The notes under the pieces: generated by a model
The model's database searches: none
What the model was told of the DNA's origin: nothing
The model's input: only the letters and a program-made list of their open reading frames with translations
Made by a program: the position numbers and the translations under genes
DNA from: Nanobdellati archaeon
GTDB taxonomy: Archaea > B1Sed10-29 > JAGVWA01
NCBI GenBank assembly: GCA_018304505.1
Contig: JAGVWA010000004.1
Coordinates: 1 to 56,236 of the forward strand
Direction: 5' to 3'
DNA: 56,236 bases
Shown: positions 8,960-18,606 of the stretch, in pieces
Layout of the letters: each line of letters opens with the position of its first letter
How positions within the stretch are numbered: position 1 is the first letter of the stretch

Positions 8960-9766
8960 ATGATGGAAAAGGGAATCACTGAAGTCATTGGAATCGTGTT
9001 GTTAGTGGCAGTAGCGGTGATACTTGTAGTCATCGTGTCACTGTTCTTTATTGGTTTTACCAGAACCCAATCAGCAGACGTGCAGAAGAGTGCTCCGCAA
9101 ATCCAGGTGATGTCAGCGAGTTTCTGCAAGCCCTCACTTGGCTTGGTACGGGTTGCCAATGAATTGCAGCAGGATATCCCTTTCAATACGCTGGCAGAAA
9201 TCAGGCAGGGCGCGCGCCACTACGCCTTTGCCAGAACCATTGGTTCATCGATACCTGCTGAATCAAGTGCTGAAATCGGTTTTGAGTACAACTCCGGCGA
9301 TAATCCGCCGTTTTCGTTCGCGCCTAACAATGGCTACACTGTAACGTTCACGAGCGGGCCTGCGAAAGGCCAGAGCGTGAGCTTCTTTTGTTCTCCTGAA
9401 CCAGAATCCCTGGAATTGTCGATAGATGCTGCGCGCGACATCTTGTTAATCAAGGCGCCCCTGGACCTGAAGGGCAACGAGACACAGGTAAGTTGCAACA
9501 CCACATCAACAACAGGCGCAGACCTTTTTGAAGTGTACGCCGCGTTTACAAAACAAGGCACGGGCTCAGATAAGTTCTGCATTAACAAGGATTTGGCATC
9601 TAATAAGAAGGACTTCCAGGAAGTGAGTTTGCTGAAGTGCAACGGCACGACTTGTGAAACCTTCCCGTTTGAGCCGGGCGCGGTTTACACGATAGTTTTA
9701 AATGAATCGATACAAGGAAACGCCAATGATTTGGAAGGGCGAGCTTTCAGGATAAGTGGCGCTTGA
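8960..9766 (+). CDS. Archaeal type IV pilin-like protein
   Basis: Class III signal peptide KG|ITEVIGIVLLVAVAVIL. Confidence 0.85.
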   Translation: MMEKGITEVIGIVLLVAVAVILVVIVSLFFIGFTRTQSADVQKSAPQIQVMSASFCKPSLGLVRVANELQQDIPFNTLAEIRQGARHYAFARTIGSSIPAESSAEIGFEYNSGDNPPFSFAPNNGYTVTFTSGPAKGQSVSFFCSPEPESLELSIDAARDILLIKAPLDLKGNETQVSCNTTSTTGADLFEVYAAFTKQGTGSDKFCINKDLASNKKDFQEVSLLKCNGTTCETFPFEPGAVYTIVLNESIQGNANDLEGRAFRISGA

Positions 9767-9777
9767 TTTTCAAAAGA

Positions 9778-9992
9778 CTAATCTTTGTATGCATTCCGCC
9801 TGTGTCTTATTGTGAGAACGTGGACCTCGCGCTCAGGATTCTTGAGGCTGACTATTATCCTGTAATGTCCCACCCTCACCTTGTATTCGTCTCGTGATTT
9901 TATCTTTTCGAGGTGCTCGTAAGGCGCTCCCGCCACTTGTTGCATTTTTCTAGCGGCCCTTAGCGTGATTTCTTTGCCAGATTATACGTCAT
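9778..9992 (-). pseudogene. Frameshifted RelE/ParE-family toxin
   Basis: ATG overlapping the antitoxin end stops after 10 codons (MTYNLAKKSR*); another frame encodes ...YKVRVGHYRII...VLTIRHRRNAYKD*. Confidence 0.7.
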
Positions 9993-10230
9993 TTGTGATT
10001 CCCAGGTTTTTTAGCAGTTGTTCTGTTGTTATCCCCTTTCCTTGCCTGATCTCCTTTTTTGCTTCGTTTATATCACGCAGGACATCCCCGCGGAGTTCTT
10101 TGTCCTCAGAGATAATGTCAAATATATCAATTAGTTTTTGGATTACCTCATTGTAGGTCTGCCTTTTGTAGCTCTTTATTTCGTCAAGCTCTGCTTTTAC
10201 AGTTTCAGTTACTTGTATTGTAGTAGCCAT
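9982..10230 (-). CDS. Archaeal RHH-like antitoxin
   Basis: MATTIQVTETVKAELDEIK...TYNEVIQKL...EAKKEIRQGK; upstream of the relE remnant. Confidence 0.75.
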   Translation of the reverse strand: MATTIQVTETVKAELDEIKSYKRQTYNEVIQKLIDIFDIISEDKELRGDVLRDINEAKKEIRQGKGITTEQLLKNLGITNDV

Positions 10231-10329
10231 TATAATCACTTATAATTTGGTATATTGTGCCATAAATAGGTTTTGCTGGTTTTAGAGAAAGAAGGACCGA
10301 GGGGGCGAGCAGAGAAATGGCTGAATCTG

Positions 10330-10803
10330 TTATGCCCGCCCTTGAACCTCAAACACGATGGTTCTTCCAACTCGTGTTTTCCTCAACACGTTCCTCCCAC
10401 AGAGCGCGTTGAGGCGTGCGGATGCCGCGTTTCTTCCTTTGTATTTTAACTTTTTTCTGACTTGTTCTGCGTTCACGTGTCCTTGTTCGGCCACGAACTC
10501 AAGGATCTTCATGTCTTGCGGAGGCAAGAGCATCTTGCTTTCCTTTGGAGGCAAAAGCACCTCTGCGGGTGCTTCTGCCAGGGATGATGTGGGGCTCAGT
10601 GTGGACTGGTTGGTTTTTTGGGTGATTTGGTTGAGCATGTCATTTATGTGCGCTAGCATTCGGTTTGTTTGTTCTCTTTCTTTCGCTAGCCTGTACAGTA
10701 GGAGGCCTATGGTTTCTGGTTCCTTGAATTGCTCCTTGTCGTATTTTACGTCGAACAGTAGGGCCTCGAATTCCTTTTCTATTGGGTCTTTGAAGTTCCC
10801 CAT
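10330..10803 (-). CDS. Hypothetical protein with C-terminal winged HTH
   Basis: DMKILEFV...AEQVRKKL.YKGRNAASARLN.L...VLRKTRVGR. Confidence 0.75.
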   Translation of the reverse strand: MGNFKDPIEKEFEALLFDVKYDKEQFKEPETIGLLLYRLAKEREQTNRMLAHINDMLNQITQKTNQSTLSPTSSLAEAPAEVLLPPKESKMLLPPQDMKILEFVAEQGHVNAEQVRKKLKYKGRNAASARLNALCGRNVLRKTRVGRTIVFEVQGRA

Positions 10804-10896
10804 GTTAATATCATGACACTATCGTGATATTTAAAGCTTTCGTCCTGACTGGGTCGTGACAAAAACATTTAAAGCCAGGCATGATTAATTAGCTCA

Positions 10897-11502
10897 ATGA
10901 AAACAGCTATTTTGAGTATAGAGTCTGCAATGCCTGGTAATTTTGAAGCCATCATGGCCACGCATGACTTATTGCGAAACGTAGGCATTTCAAAATACGC
11001 TTACTTAGTGCGGCCAGGGATTGCGTTTCTCGATAACTTACGGTATGTTGATTTTTTGAAAAACTCAGGCCAAGAGCTGGTGCTGCAGGCTCCAAAGGAA
11101 TCTTCGCGCTTCCCGTTTTTGATTGACATAGGATACAGGGACGCCATGCATGAACTTGGTCACGAGGCGGGCTTGTTCCACTTGCTCTTCGATAAGCACC
11201 CACGGGGGTTTATCCCAAACTCGTGGATTCACAACGCGCGGACTGAAAAGGCCCTTGAGGATCTTGATTTTTCATTTACTGTAACACGTGATGCTTTGAT
11301 TGATTTGCGGAATCACAAGCGGATCCCGTGTTCATTTTCTAGGTTGCCTGGAATAGCGATGGAAAACCAAAATGCTGCGCTGCTGCACTTAGTAGTTGAT
11401 GTGGGGGCAGTGCTAAACCAAAGGATTGCTCTGCAGAAAGAATTAGGGGAACTGGGGCAACATTGCGATTTCGTCACATATTCAGAATTGTTAAGCCTTT
11501 AA
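10897..11502 (+). CDS. Degenerate polysaccharide-deacetylase-like (DUF2334-like) protein
   Basis: GQELVLQ, PRGFIPNSW, ALEDLDF, FVTYSEL pattern; metal-binding His residues not evident. Confidence 0.5.
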   Translation: MKTAILSIESAMPGNFEAIMATHDLLRNVGISKYAYLVRPGIAFLDNLRYVDFLKNSGQELVLQAPKESSRFPFLIDIGYRDAMHELGHEAGLFHLLFDKHPRGFIPNSWIHNARTEKALEDLDFSFTVTRDALIDLRNHKRIPCSFSRLPGIAMENQNAALLHLVVDVGAVLNQRIALQKELGELGQHCDFVTYSELLSL

Positions 11503-12102
11503 AGGCTCGGAAGCCTTTAAAGCCTCGGCATCGACTTCCCTTATCGCTTTTGCTATTTCGCGTGGCAGTTTGTCGAGTTTTTCAGTAACATCCGAAAAGC
11601 CATTATCAATTTTGTCTCCGAGTTGTTGGAATCCGGCGTCCATTTTGTTTCCTAGTTTTTCGAATCCGTTTTGTGTGTTTTGGTCTAGGGTGTCCATTTT
11701 GTTTCCTAGTTGTTGGAATCCGATGTCCATTTTGTTTCCTAGTTTTTCGAATCCGTTGTCGGTTTTTTGTGATAGTTTGCCGAGGAACACGACGCTTTTT
11801 CCGAATTGTTCCATCTGTAAGGCCTGGGATGATCTCATGACGTCGGGCACGTGCAGGCTTGTTTCATATTCCGTTACTGTCATAGTGGGGTTCTTGGCTA
11901 ATTCGGGGTGCTCTTCCTTTAGTTCTTTGATGAATTGTTCTATTTCGTCCCGGTCGCCTTCCAGAAGTACCTTGACGCGGCCGTCTGGCATGTTGATTGC
12001 AGTGCCCCCTGTTAGGGTTGAGTTCAGGATTTTCTGCATTATAAATAGCCTGTAGCCCACGTCCTGCACGCCGTTCTTGATGAAGAATTGACATTTCGCC
12101 AT
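11491..12102 (-). CDS. Acylphosphatase-like domain + 11-residue repeat coiled coil
   Basis: VQDVGYR...NMPDGRVKVLLEG, then GF(E/Q)(K/Q)LG(N/D)K(M/I)D x4. Confidence 0.8.
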   Translation of the reverse strand: MAKCQFFIKNGVQDVGYRLFIMQKILNSTLTGGTAINMPDGRVKVLLEGDRDEIEQFIKELKEEHPELAKNPTMTVTEYETSLHVPDVMRSSQALQMEQFGKSVVFLGKLSQKTDNGFEKLGNKMDIGFQQLGNKMDTLDQNTQNGFEKLGNKMDAGFQQLGDKIDNGFSDVTEKLDKLPREIAKAIREVDAEALKASEPLKA

Positions 12103-12176
12103 GTGCTTTCATTTATGTCCGACTTAGTATTTATAGATTTTGCAACATTAACTGGTTTAAACCAGCAGCAGTTAAC

Positions 12177-12410
12177 TTAGAGGCGTTTCAGTATGTCCAA
12201 GTTCTTGAGTCGGTTGTCAACATAGGCTGCGATCTTTACAGCCTCTGCGTCTACTGATTCCTTGTTTGAGTATTCAGAAATCTTTTTCGCGCCGTCGATG
12301 ATGTTGCTGCACAGCTCATGCATTATCTCGGACAGGGCATCAATGGCGTCCCCATCTAGTTTCGCATTCAGCTTCCCCATTTCTTCAATTACGAGCTCTT
12401 TTGCCTTCAT
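12177..12410 (-). CDS. Histone-fold protein
   Basis: KLDGDAIDALSEIMHELCSNIIDGAKKISEYSNKESVDAEAVKIA matches histone alpha2-L2-alpha3; unusually acidic. Confidence 0.65.
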   Translation of the reverse strand: MKAKELVIEEMGKLNAKLDGDAIDALSEIMHELCSNIIDGAKKISEYSNKESVDAEAVKIAAYVDNRLKNLDILKRL

Positions 12411-12414
12411 TAAA

Positions 12415-12633
12415 TCACCTCTGCACAATCACGATCTGGCCCGCGCTCACCACCTTCGAGTAGGGTATGCTTTTTTTCGCAAAGTGTTGGATGGTCTCCT
12501 GTCTAATGGTTTCCGTGCTGAGCCTGAGCACGTTGCCTTCTTCTACGTTAAGGATAATGTCCTTTACGTTGCCCCAGAATTTGCCACCTTGGTCATATAT
12601 CTCAGAGCCGTAAAGGTCACTAATACGCATCAT
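12415..12633 (-). CDS. PRC-barrel domain protein
   Basis: MRISDLYGSEIYDQGGKFWGNVKDIILNVEEG...IPYSKVVSAGQIVIV. Confidence 0.85.
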   Translation of the reverse strand: MMRISDLYGSEIYDQGGKFWGNVKDIILNVEEGNVLRLSTETIRQETIQHFAKKSIPYSKVVSAGQIVIVQR

Positions 12634-12674
12634 ACACTCGCAATAAGGTGGCAGATGTATAAAAAACCACACCC

Positions 12675-13103
12675 TCATAAGTATATTAGGTCAATACCGA
12701 TAGCAGTGAACAATGCCATGAATAAGGAGGCAACGCCGATGCCAAGTTCGCCGCCGATGTTCTCAATTCCCAGGAGGTCCTTGTAGGCCATGTGGGCAAA
12801 CCAGATGCCTGAAAAGATGGCGAGCATGCCGGTTATTATGGCCCCGGTTGTTACTATGTCAAAGCTCGATGAACCGAGGTACAGGCCCAAGATGAGGCCT
12901 GCAAGCATGCCGCCGCGGCCGAAGAAGAGAAAGGAAGCTGAGAAGGCGAAGATCGTCACAAATGTGGAGTAGACACTGAGATTCAGCCAAACTGGTTTGT
13001 AGACAAAGCCCAGGAGCATTCCCAGTACCAGGGAGAAAATGCTGGCCGCCAGCATAGTGATTATGCGCCTGTAAGGCATCAGCATTTCAGCGAACGCCGT
13101 CAT
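12675..13103 (-). CDS. Multi-pass membrane protein
   Basis: Several hydrophobic segments from MTAFAEML; the upstream ORF extension is antisense to 13155..13427. Confidence 0.75.
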   Translation of the reverse strand: MTAFAEMLMPYRRIITMLAASIFSLVLGMLLGFVYKPVWLNLSVYSTFVTIFAFSASFLFFGRGGMLAGLILGLYLGSSSFDIVTTGAIITGMLAIFSGIWFAHMAYKDLLGIENIGGELGIGVASLFMALFTAIGIDLIYL

Positions 13104-13154
13104 AATGCTGTAAGGACAAGAAACTTTATAAACACACTTCCTCAAAGTAATATA

Positions 13155-13427
13155 ATGAAGATCACAGATGAAGTGCCCAAGACGTACAACATGCTGAAGC
13201 AGGCTGATTTTGAAATTGTTGATGTGGTTTTTGAGGGCGCGATGACGATAAAGGGCAAGCACATCCTTACAGAGATTGAGGACTTGGCAAGTGAAAACAA
13301 GGCCACAGGCACCATAAGGATGGTGTATGAAACAGGAGACAATGAGGCAAGGGCTATCGAAATCCCCGTAGGCCCGACATTTGAGGAATTTCAAAAGGCC
13401 TCCCAGGAAGAGGAATACAAGCCGTGA
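13155..13427 (+). CDS. Small acidic hypothetical protein
   Basis: 90 aa ORF after a TTTATAAA box, divergent from the membrane gene. Confidence 0.7.
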   Translation: MKITDEVPKTYNMLKQADFEIVDVVFEGAMTIKGKHILTEIEDLASENKATGTIRMVYETGDNEARAIEIPVGPTFEEFQKASQEEEYKP

Positions 13428-13452
13428 TCTAACAGAGGTCTGGGCAACATTA

Positions 13453-14064
13453 ATGAGTGGCATGGGAAGGGCGTTTTACAAGCACTATGGACTGCGATTT
13501 CCAGACGGGGTATATGAACCGTTAGATGACTCCTTCTTGCTCGCAGATCAGGTTAAGGTTGAAGCGGGCAGCACGGTTCTTGACCTCGGTTGCGGCGCAG
13601 GCCTTGTTTCATTAATCGCAGCCCATCAGGGTGCCAATGTAACCGCGGCAGACATCAACAAAAAAGCGCTACAAGCAGCCACAGAAAACTGCAGGGCTTA
13701 TGGGCATCAAATTGAGACTGTAGAGACAGACATGTTTTTAAACATCAGCGGAAAATATGATTACGTCTTCTTCAACCCTCCGTATTTGCCGCACGAGGAC
13801 ATGGATGACCAGCTGGCGAAGAAACACCCTGAACTGGCCAAATCGTGGGACGGCGGCGCACACGGCCGGCGATACATTGACACATTCTTAACGCAGTATA
13901 AAGGCCACCTGAACCCGGGAGGCAAGGCGTACCTCTTAAACTCGAGTCTGAATGACATTACAAAGACGCAGGAAAAACTGGACAAGCAGGGCGTAAAATA
14001 CGCAATAGTGGCCCGCACAGAGCTGTTTTTCGAAAAGCTCTACGTGTTTGAAATCACGGGCTGA
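13453..14064 (+). CDS. HemK/PrmC-related methyltransferase
   Basis: VYEPLDDSFLL, LDLGCGAG, FNPPYLP, WDGGAHGR. Confidence 0.9.
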   Translation: MSGMGRAFYKHYGLRFPDGVYEPLDDSFLLADQVKVEAGSTVLDLGCGAGLVSLIAAHQGANVTAADINKKALQAATENCRAYGHQIETVETDMFLNISGKYDYVFFNPPYLPHEDMDDQLAKKHPELAKSWDGGAHGRRYIDTFLTQYKGHLNPGGKAYLLNSSLNDITKTQEKLDKQGVKYAIVARTELFFEKLYVFEITG

Positions 14065-14212
14065 CTGCACATTTGCTGCCGTACGATTGACGTGAAAAAC
14101 CGATTTTTCAGTATCAGGAAGGCAAAAACTGACGGAAAGGTTTATAAAGGAAAAAGGTATTATCAAGATAAGGCAAGCAAATTGCCTAAAAACCAAGCGG
14201 AGGTAAGCTATT

Positions 14213-14617
14213 ATGGCACAACAACGATACTTTGCTCTTAGGACAACTCAGGTAGGACGGGAATCTGCAGTCTTCACAGGCAGTGCTCCAAGACAGGCAG
14301 CACTAAAAGCAGCTAGCAGAGGACATGGCGATATTTTCCTAAGGGAAAGAGGCAGCAAAAAACTGCATCACTTTAGAGGCTCAAGGAAAAAGGTAAGGGC
14401 TCCAGCAAACAAGCCTGACTGGATGGCGGACACAGTATGGAAACCAAATGTCAAGAAAGTCGGTCTAATAAGAATGGAAGCTCCAAAGAAAAAGGTTGCT
14501 AAGAAGAGAGTTGCACGAAGAGCTGCAAAGAGAACTGCACGAAAACCAGCACGCAGAGCAGTAAAGAGAGCAGCTAAGAAAAGACCAGCAGCAAGAAAAG
14601 CAAAACGAAGACGCTAA
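14213..14617 (+). CDS. Non-histone chromosomal protein MC1 homologue with K/R/A-rich tail
   Basis: RYFALR...FTGSAPRQAALKAASRG...LRERG.KK.H.F.G...PDWM...VWKP. Confidence 0.85.
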   Translation: MAQQRYFALRTTQVGRESAVFTGSAPRQAALKAASRGHGDIFLRERGSKKLHHFRGSRKKVRAPANKPDWMADTVWKPNVKKVGLIRMEAPKKKVAKKRVARRAAKRTARKPARRAVKRAAKKRPAARKAKRRR

Positions 14618-14804
14618 AACCCCACATCATATCACCCTGAAAAGGGCCCGCGACTATTTCTAACACCAAGGGCCTTTTTCACCCAATCTTTTTTTGTTTC
14701 GAGAAAAAGCTAAGCTAGCTATTGGTTTGACTAAGTGAAAAATGTTGTTCCTGTGTTTAAGTTTTATAAGCACAAAGTGTACTATTGGTATTGAAGGTAA
14801 TTGC

Positions 14805-15380
14805 ATGCTGGAAGAAAACAAGTCAACTAAGAAGAGGGGGCTAAAAGAGGGGTTGAAGCACCGTGCAGCGGTGGATGAAGATGCACGGTATATAGCAAGG
14901 TATGCAATTGAAGTTGGGGGTCAGAGAGCACTACAGAAACGTGCTGATTTGGAGTCAAAGTTTCCGGCAATGGATCAGCCCCGCCTCGATAGGATATCAA
15001 TTAGGGAGTATTGGAGGTTGGTTAAAAAAGGGCAAAAAATGCAACTAACCCCCCACCAGCCAAAAAGGTCCATCGTGCATTCGATAATAGATCGTCAAGC
15101 ACAACGAAAAGTGCGGGTTCAGGCGACTAAACAGCAGGGCACGGATATTGCTATGGTAGTTAGGTCTATGAATAAGGAGCAAGCAAAGGAGCACATCACT
15201 CGGAGGCTACAGGGAATTCAAGATGAGAAACAGCGTCGAGTAGTGGCCCATGAGATCTCAAGGCAATTATTATCAGATCAGCGGAACACGATCAGGGAAA
15301 CCCGTCAGGCCATACGTGGCGCCCTTGGAGGTTCTGTGCTATCAAGGCTTAGGTCGCGGTTGAGACGTGCGAGGCTTTAG
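14805..15380 (+). CDS. Arg-rich basic hypothetical protein
   Basis: ORF from MLEENK, ends SRLRSRLRRARL. Confidence 0.65.
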   Translation: MLEENKSTKKRGLKEGLKHRAAVDEDARYIARYAIEVGGQRALQKRADLESKFPAMDQPRLDRISIREYWRLVKKGQKMQLTPHQPKRSIVHSIIDRQAQRKVRVQATKQQGTDIAMVVRSMNKEQAKEHITRRLQGIQDEKQRRVVAHEISRQLLSDQRNTIRETRQAIRGALGGSVLSRLRSRLRRARL

Positions 15381-15448
15381 AAAGCCTACGTTGAGTAGTA
15401 ACAAAAAGTATTTATATAACTTTATTGCTAAATTATGTGGTGACTAGT

Positions 15449-15721
15449 GTGTGGGATGTTAAAACAGTTAGCCGGGATGAATTTGATAATAATGGGTTTT
15501 CTAGAAGAGACATTTTTCTTGAACTAAGGGATCGGGATAAAGATTTCGCTCCTAGGGATGCTGGTTTTGCCTTAACTGGTGAGCATGCGAAAGCATACAA
15601 GCAAATACAAAGAAGAAGTTTGGAAAGGCATTTGCAACTGGAGGCGGGAATCTTTGAAGCTGGTTGGGGGGCCCCAGAGGTTAAAGAATTCTTGGAAGGC
15701 CAAAGGGCATTTAGATACTAG
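15449..15721 (+). CDS. MW-family small protein (GTG start)
   Basis: TATA box, GGTGA SD, then GTG TGG GAT (MWDVKTVSRDE). Confidence 0.7.
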   Translation: MWDVKTVSRDEFDNNGFSRRDIFLELRDRDKDFAPRDAGFALTGEHAKAYKQIQRRSLERHLQLEAGIFEAGWGAPEVKEFLEGQRAFRY

Positions 15722-15780
15722 TTGTATTCAATTGCGAGCTAGCTGCTCATGTTTTTTTGTTTCGAGAAAAACCGCAAGGG

Positions 15781-16617
15781 TCAGCGCTCGGCATGCAGTT
15801 CTATAACATCCTTGTCCTGCAGGATGTACAGCTTTTCGACCCGCTGCCCCGGAAACTTGCTTGAGCCCCAGACCTTGGCGAACTTGAATTTCTTTGCAAA
15901 ATCCTTGTGGATCTCCCTGGCCGCGTCAAGAAGCGTGCTCCCGTAACGCATTACAATTGGCTTGTCCATTATCGGGTCATCGCCAGGCTCTTTTGTGTAA
16001 ACCCTGATGAGGCCAAAGAAGTTGAAGATGTCCTGTTTCCTAACTTCTTGGCCTTTCAGTATAACCATTAGGCGCTGAGGTACGCCGAATTCCTTCAGCT
16101 CATTCTTTAGCGTCGTCTCTTGGTCTTCATTTTCAGCTATCATGATGATGCCGTCAGAGTTCAGCACAATGCTCATCAATTCAGCTTGTTTGTCTGCCGC
16201 ACCTTCGACTAGTGCCGGGACTTCAACAAGCTGCAACTGGGCGCCATCGTAATCAAGCATTCCTACTTCTGGTTTTTGCGTAGTGAATGGATAAGCAGCA
16301 ATAGCAGGGTCAGCGTTCGTCATTTTCTTCAAAAACGTCGACTTGCCGGAATTTGGGAAGCCAATTAATACTATTTGGAAACCCATTTTTTTTACAGCAA
16401 TTGAATAGCCTCCCTTGCGCCGTTTTTTCTCAGCAGCGATCAGGGCCTTGAACTTGCTAATGCGCTCTTTGATGTTGACCTTCATCACTTCCGCGCCCTT
16501 GTGCGACGGTGCAGCGCTAAGCATTTCCTGCAAGGTCTTCAGCTTTTCCTCGTTAGTAGTGGCTTCATAGTAATGCTTTTCAGCGTCAATGTACCTCTGG
16601 TCAACATTTGATGGCAT
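15781..16617 (-). CDS. DRG/OBG-family GTPase with TGS domain
   Basis: GFPNSGKST, YPFTT, IRVYTKEPG, IHKDF...FAKVWG...LQDKDVIE. Confidence 0.9.
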   Translation of the reverse strand: MPSNVDQRYIDAEKHYYEATTNEEKLKTLQEMLSAAPSHKGAEVMKVNIKERISKFKALIAAEKKRRKGGYSIAVKKMGFQIVLIGFPNSGKSTFLKKMTNADPAIAAYPFTTQKPEVGMLDYDGAQLQLVEVPALVEGAADKQAELMSIVLNSDGIIMIAENEDQETTLKNELKEFGVPQRLMVILKGQEVRKQDIFNFFGLIRVYTKEPGDDPIMDKPIVMRYGSTLLDAAREIHKDFAKKFKFAKVWGSSKFPGQRVEKLYILQDKDVIELHAER

Positions 16618-16668
16618 AGTTGATTTTTAGATTAAAGCTTTATATATGCTTAAGCGTTAAGGTAATAA

Positions 16669-17616
16669 ATGGCCTTATTTGGGAGTTCACTGGAGCGTGA
16701 AAACGCAAGGCGCAAGCGGCAAATGCTTAAAGGGGTCGTCCGGGTACTGGCGGAACATTACAGAATCAACAATCCAGAGAAGTACCAGCGCCTGCGGAGG
16801 CTGTTCAGGTCTCCCGTGCGCATCAGGACGCAACCGGGTGTAATTGAACGTGGGAAGAGGACAGTGACGCATGGCAGGACTACAAAGGAGTATGCTCCGG
16901 GCATGCCGATTCCGAGGTTTGTTGACATAGCGCTTTCTGAGGACGAGATTTTTGTAAAGGGTAAAGACGGTAGGCTCTATTTGAGAACGGCAGATGGCAG
17001 GGCATTAGTTGACATAAAGGAAATCAGGCAAGGTAACCTGCCAGTTGCGGTGTCTCTTGGGTCGCATGAATTGGCGCACGCACTAGAGCCAAGTCAAATA
17101 AGGACTCAACGGGATCGGATCCAGAGCGAAATCGCGGCAGACGCAAGCGCAGTAATCGATGCAATGGAAATGGGCGCAAAACCAGAAGTGGTAAAAGAAG
17201 CGCTGGCAGGCCGCGTCACTAGGCCAGCGGTAGTGAAGTACGTCAAGGCCTACTTGAACATGGTTCCAAAGGCCCGTGAGGCGGCAAGGGCTGCGCAGAT
17301 AAGGAGGGCTGCAATCGCTATAAGGGCCCGCAGGGTAAAGGAAGCTGAAGCAGTATTGAGGGGGAGCGTAGGGCCAAGGCGCTTGAGTGAAATGAGTGAA
17401 TTTGAGAAAGTGAGGGAAGCGAATGTCATTGCAAGGCGTTTGTTGGCAGCGCAAAGAGCACCCCTTAAAGGCCCAGTGGCAAAAGAAGCCGCAATTCGCG
17501 AACGTGAGGCGGCGCGCAAGGTAGCTCGAGCAAGACTGGCTGCAGGTAGAGCACGCGTACAGGCGCGTGAGCGGGCAATGTTAAAGCGCAAGGCTGAAGC
17601 CACGCACCGGCACTGA
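16669..17616 (+). CDS. Arg/Ala-rich basic protein with zincin HExxH motif
   Basis: SHELAHALE followed by SEIAAD; long basic helical C-terminus. Confidence 0.7.
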   Translation: MALFGSSLERENARRKRQMLKGVVRVLAEHYRINNPEKYQRLRRLFRSPVRIRTQPGVIERGKRTVTHGRTTKEYAPGMPIPRFVDIALSEDEIFVKGKDGRLYLRTADGRALVDIKEIRQGNLPVAVSLGSHELAHALEPSQIRTQRDRIQSEIAADASAVIDAMEMGAKPEVVKEALAGRVTRPAVVKYVKAYLNMVPKAREAARAAQIRRAAIAIRARRVKEAEAVLRGSVGPRRLSEMSEFEKVREANVIARRLLAAQRAPLKGPVAKEAAIREREAARKVARARLAAGRARVQARERAMLKRKAEATHRH

Positions 17617-17691
17617 GCGTCCAGTAAGTATGCTTTAAATATAACTTTTGGTATAAAATACCTGCAATACTTTTTGCAGGAGGAATATTAC

Positions 17692-17988
17692 ATGTGGCAA
17701 GACATTGAACAAATTCAGGGAACACAAGCAGGGCCATCCAACGCGGCAAATGAAATAACGGAACTGCCAATGTGCACAAGGGACATAATCCGGCTCGGCC
17801 TAGAAATTCGGGAAGCGCAACGCAGAGGTGACGTAACAGCAGAGCAGGCGTTTCAAGCGCACGTGCACGCGGGCATTGCACAGAGCGCAAGAAGCGGTGT
17901 GCTTGAGGCCCTGACAGACGCGCAACTCGAAGTCGCGGGGGTGTTCGAAAACGTGGATACATTCCCTATCGATGCGGGTGATGAATAA
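17692..17988 (+). CDS. MW-family small acidic protein
   Basis: GGAGG SD then MWQDIEQIQG. Confidence 0.75.
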   Translation: MWQDIEQIQGTQAGPSNAANEITELPMCTRDIIRLGLEIREAQRRGDVTAEQAFQAHVHAGIAQSARSGVLEALTDAQLEVAGVFENVDTFPIDAGDE

Positions 17989-18300
17989 ATGTGGGGTGAA
18001 ATACCTGTCCGCGGGGCTATATTTGATGCGGCACGACGCGCAGCAATGGCGCAATATAATGATTATCTTCTGTTGGCAGACGGCAATGTGCTGCATGAAA
18101 AAGGTGGGGTAAGTGGCACGGTTTACACCCGTGGCCACGCTGCATCTGCGCGCAACTTTCTATGGGAGAAATCGCAAGGCGTTGTTGACAAACTTGCCCC
18201 CTCTGAAGGGGCTCTTGATTACAAGCAGCGGGAGATGTTGGATTCGGCAAGAGAAATGCTCTTGCAGCTGGCGAAAAATGACTTAATGGAGGTGATTTGA
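17989..18300 (+). CDS. MW-family small protein
   Basis: MWGEIPVRGA, abuts the previous stop, GGTGA SD. Confidence 0.75.
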   Translation: MWGEIPVRGAIFDAARRAAMAQYNDYLLLADGNVLHEKGGVSGTVYTRGHAASARNFLWEKSQGVVDKLAPSEGALDYKQREMLDSAREMLLQLAKNDLMEVI

Positions 18301-18302
18301 AA

Positions 18303-18545
18303 ATGTGGGGAAGCTTAGACGCATCTTTAAAGCTTGGGGAAATCAAACCAAATAAAGTCAAGGACGCGCTTGATGATGGGATGGCAAGAGCAAGAGCGGC
18401 TATTAGGGGAGAGCTTAATGTACAAGGCAGAAATCAGACAGCGGCGTTTCACATAATGGCCGGCGAAGCCATTACAGAATTGGAACGAACCGCGCAGACG
18501 CTGTTGGACACAATTCAAGCCGCGAAACGCGAGCTCGAGAAATAG
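18303..18545 (+). CDS. MW-family small protein
   Basis: GGAGGTGA SD then MWGSLDASLK. Confidence 0.75.
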   Translation: MWGSLDASLKLGEIKPNKVKDALDDGMARARAAIRGELNVQGRNQTAAFHIMAGEAITELERTAQTLLDTIQAAKRELEK

Positions 18546-18591
18546 TTTTATAATGCATGGCAAAGCGCATTATTCTTGCAAATCGGGCACA

Positions 18592-18606
18592 GAAACCTTT
18601 ATATAC
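18592..18606 (+). promoter_or_regulatory. Probable rRNA operon promoter (BRE/TATA)
   Basis: gaaacc tttatata ~310 bp upstream of 16S. Confidence 0.5.

Noticed and set aside
12790-12972. ORF starting MWANQ as an 18th MW gene
   Set aside because: It is antisense within the membrane-protein gene, so a chance MW start.
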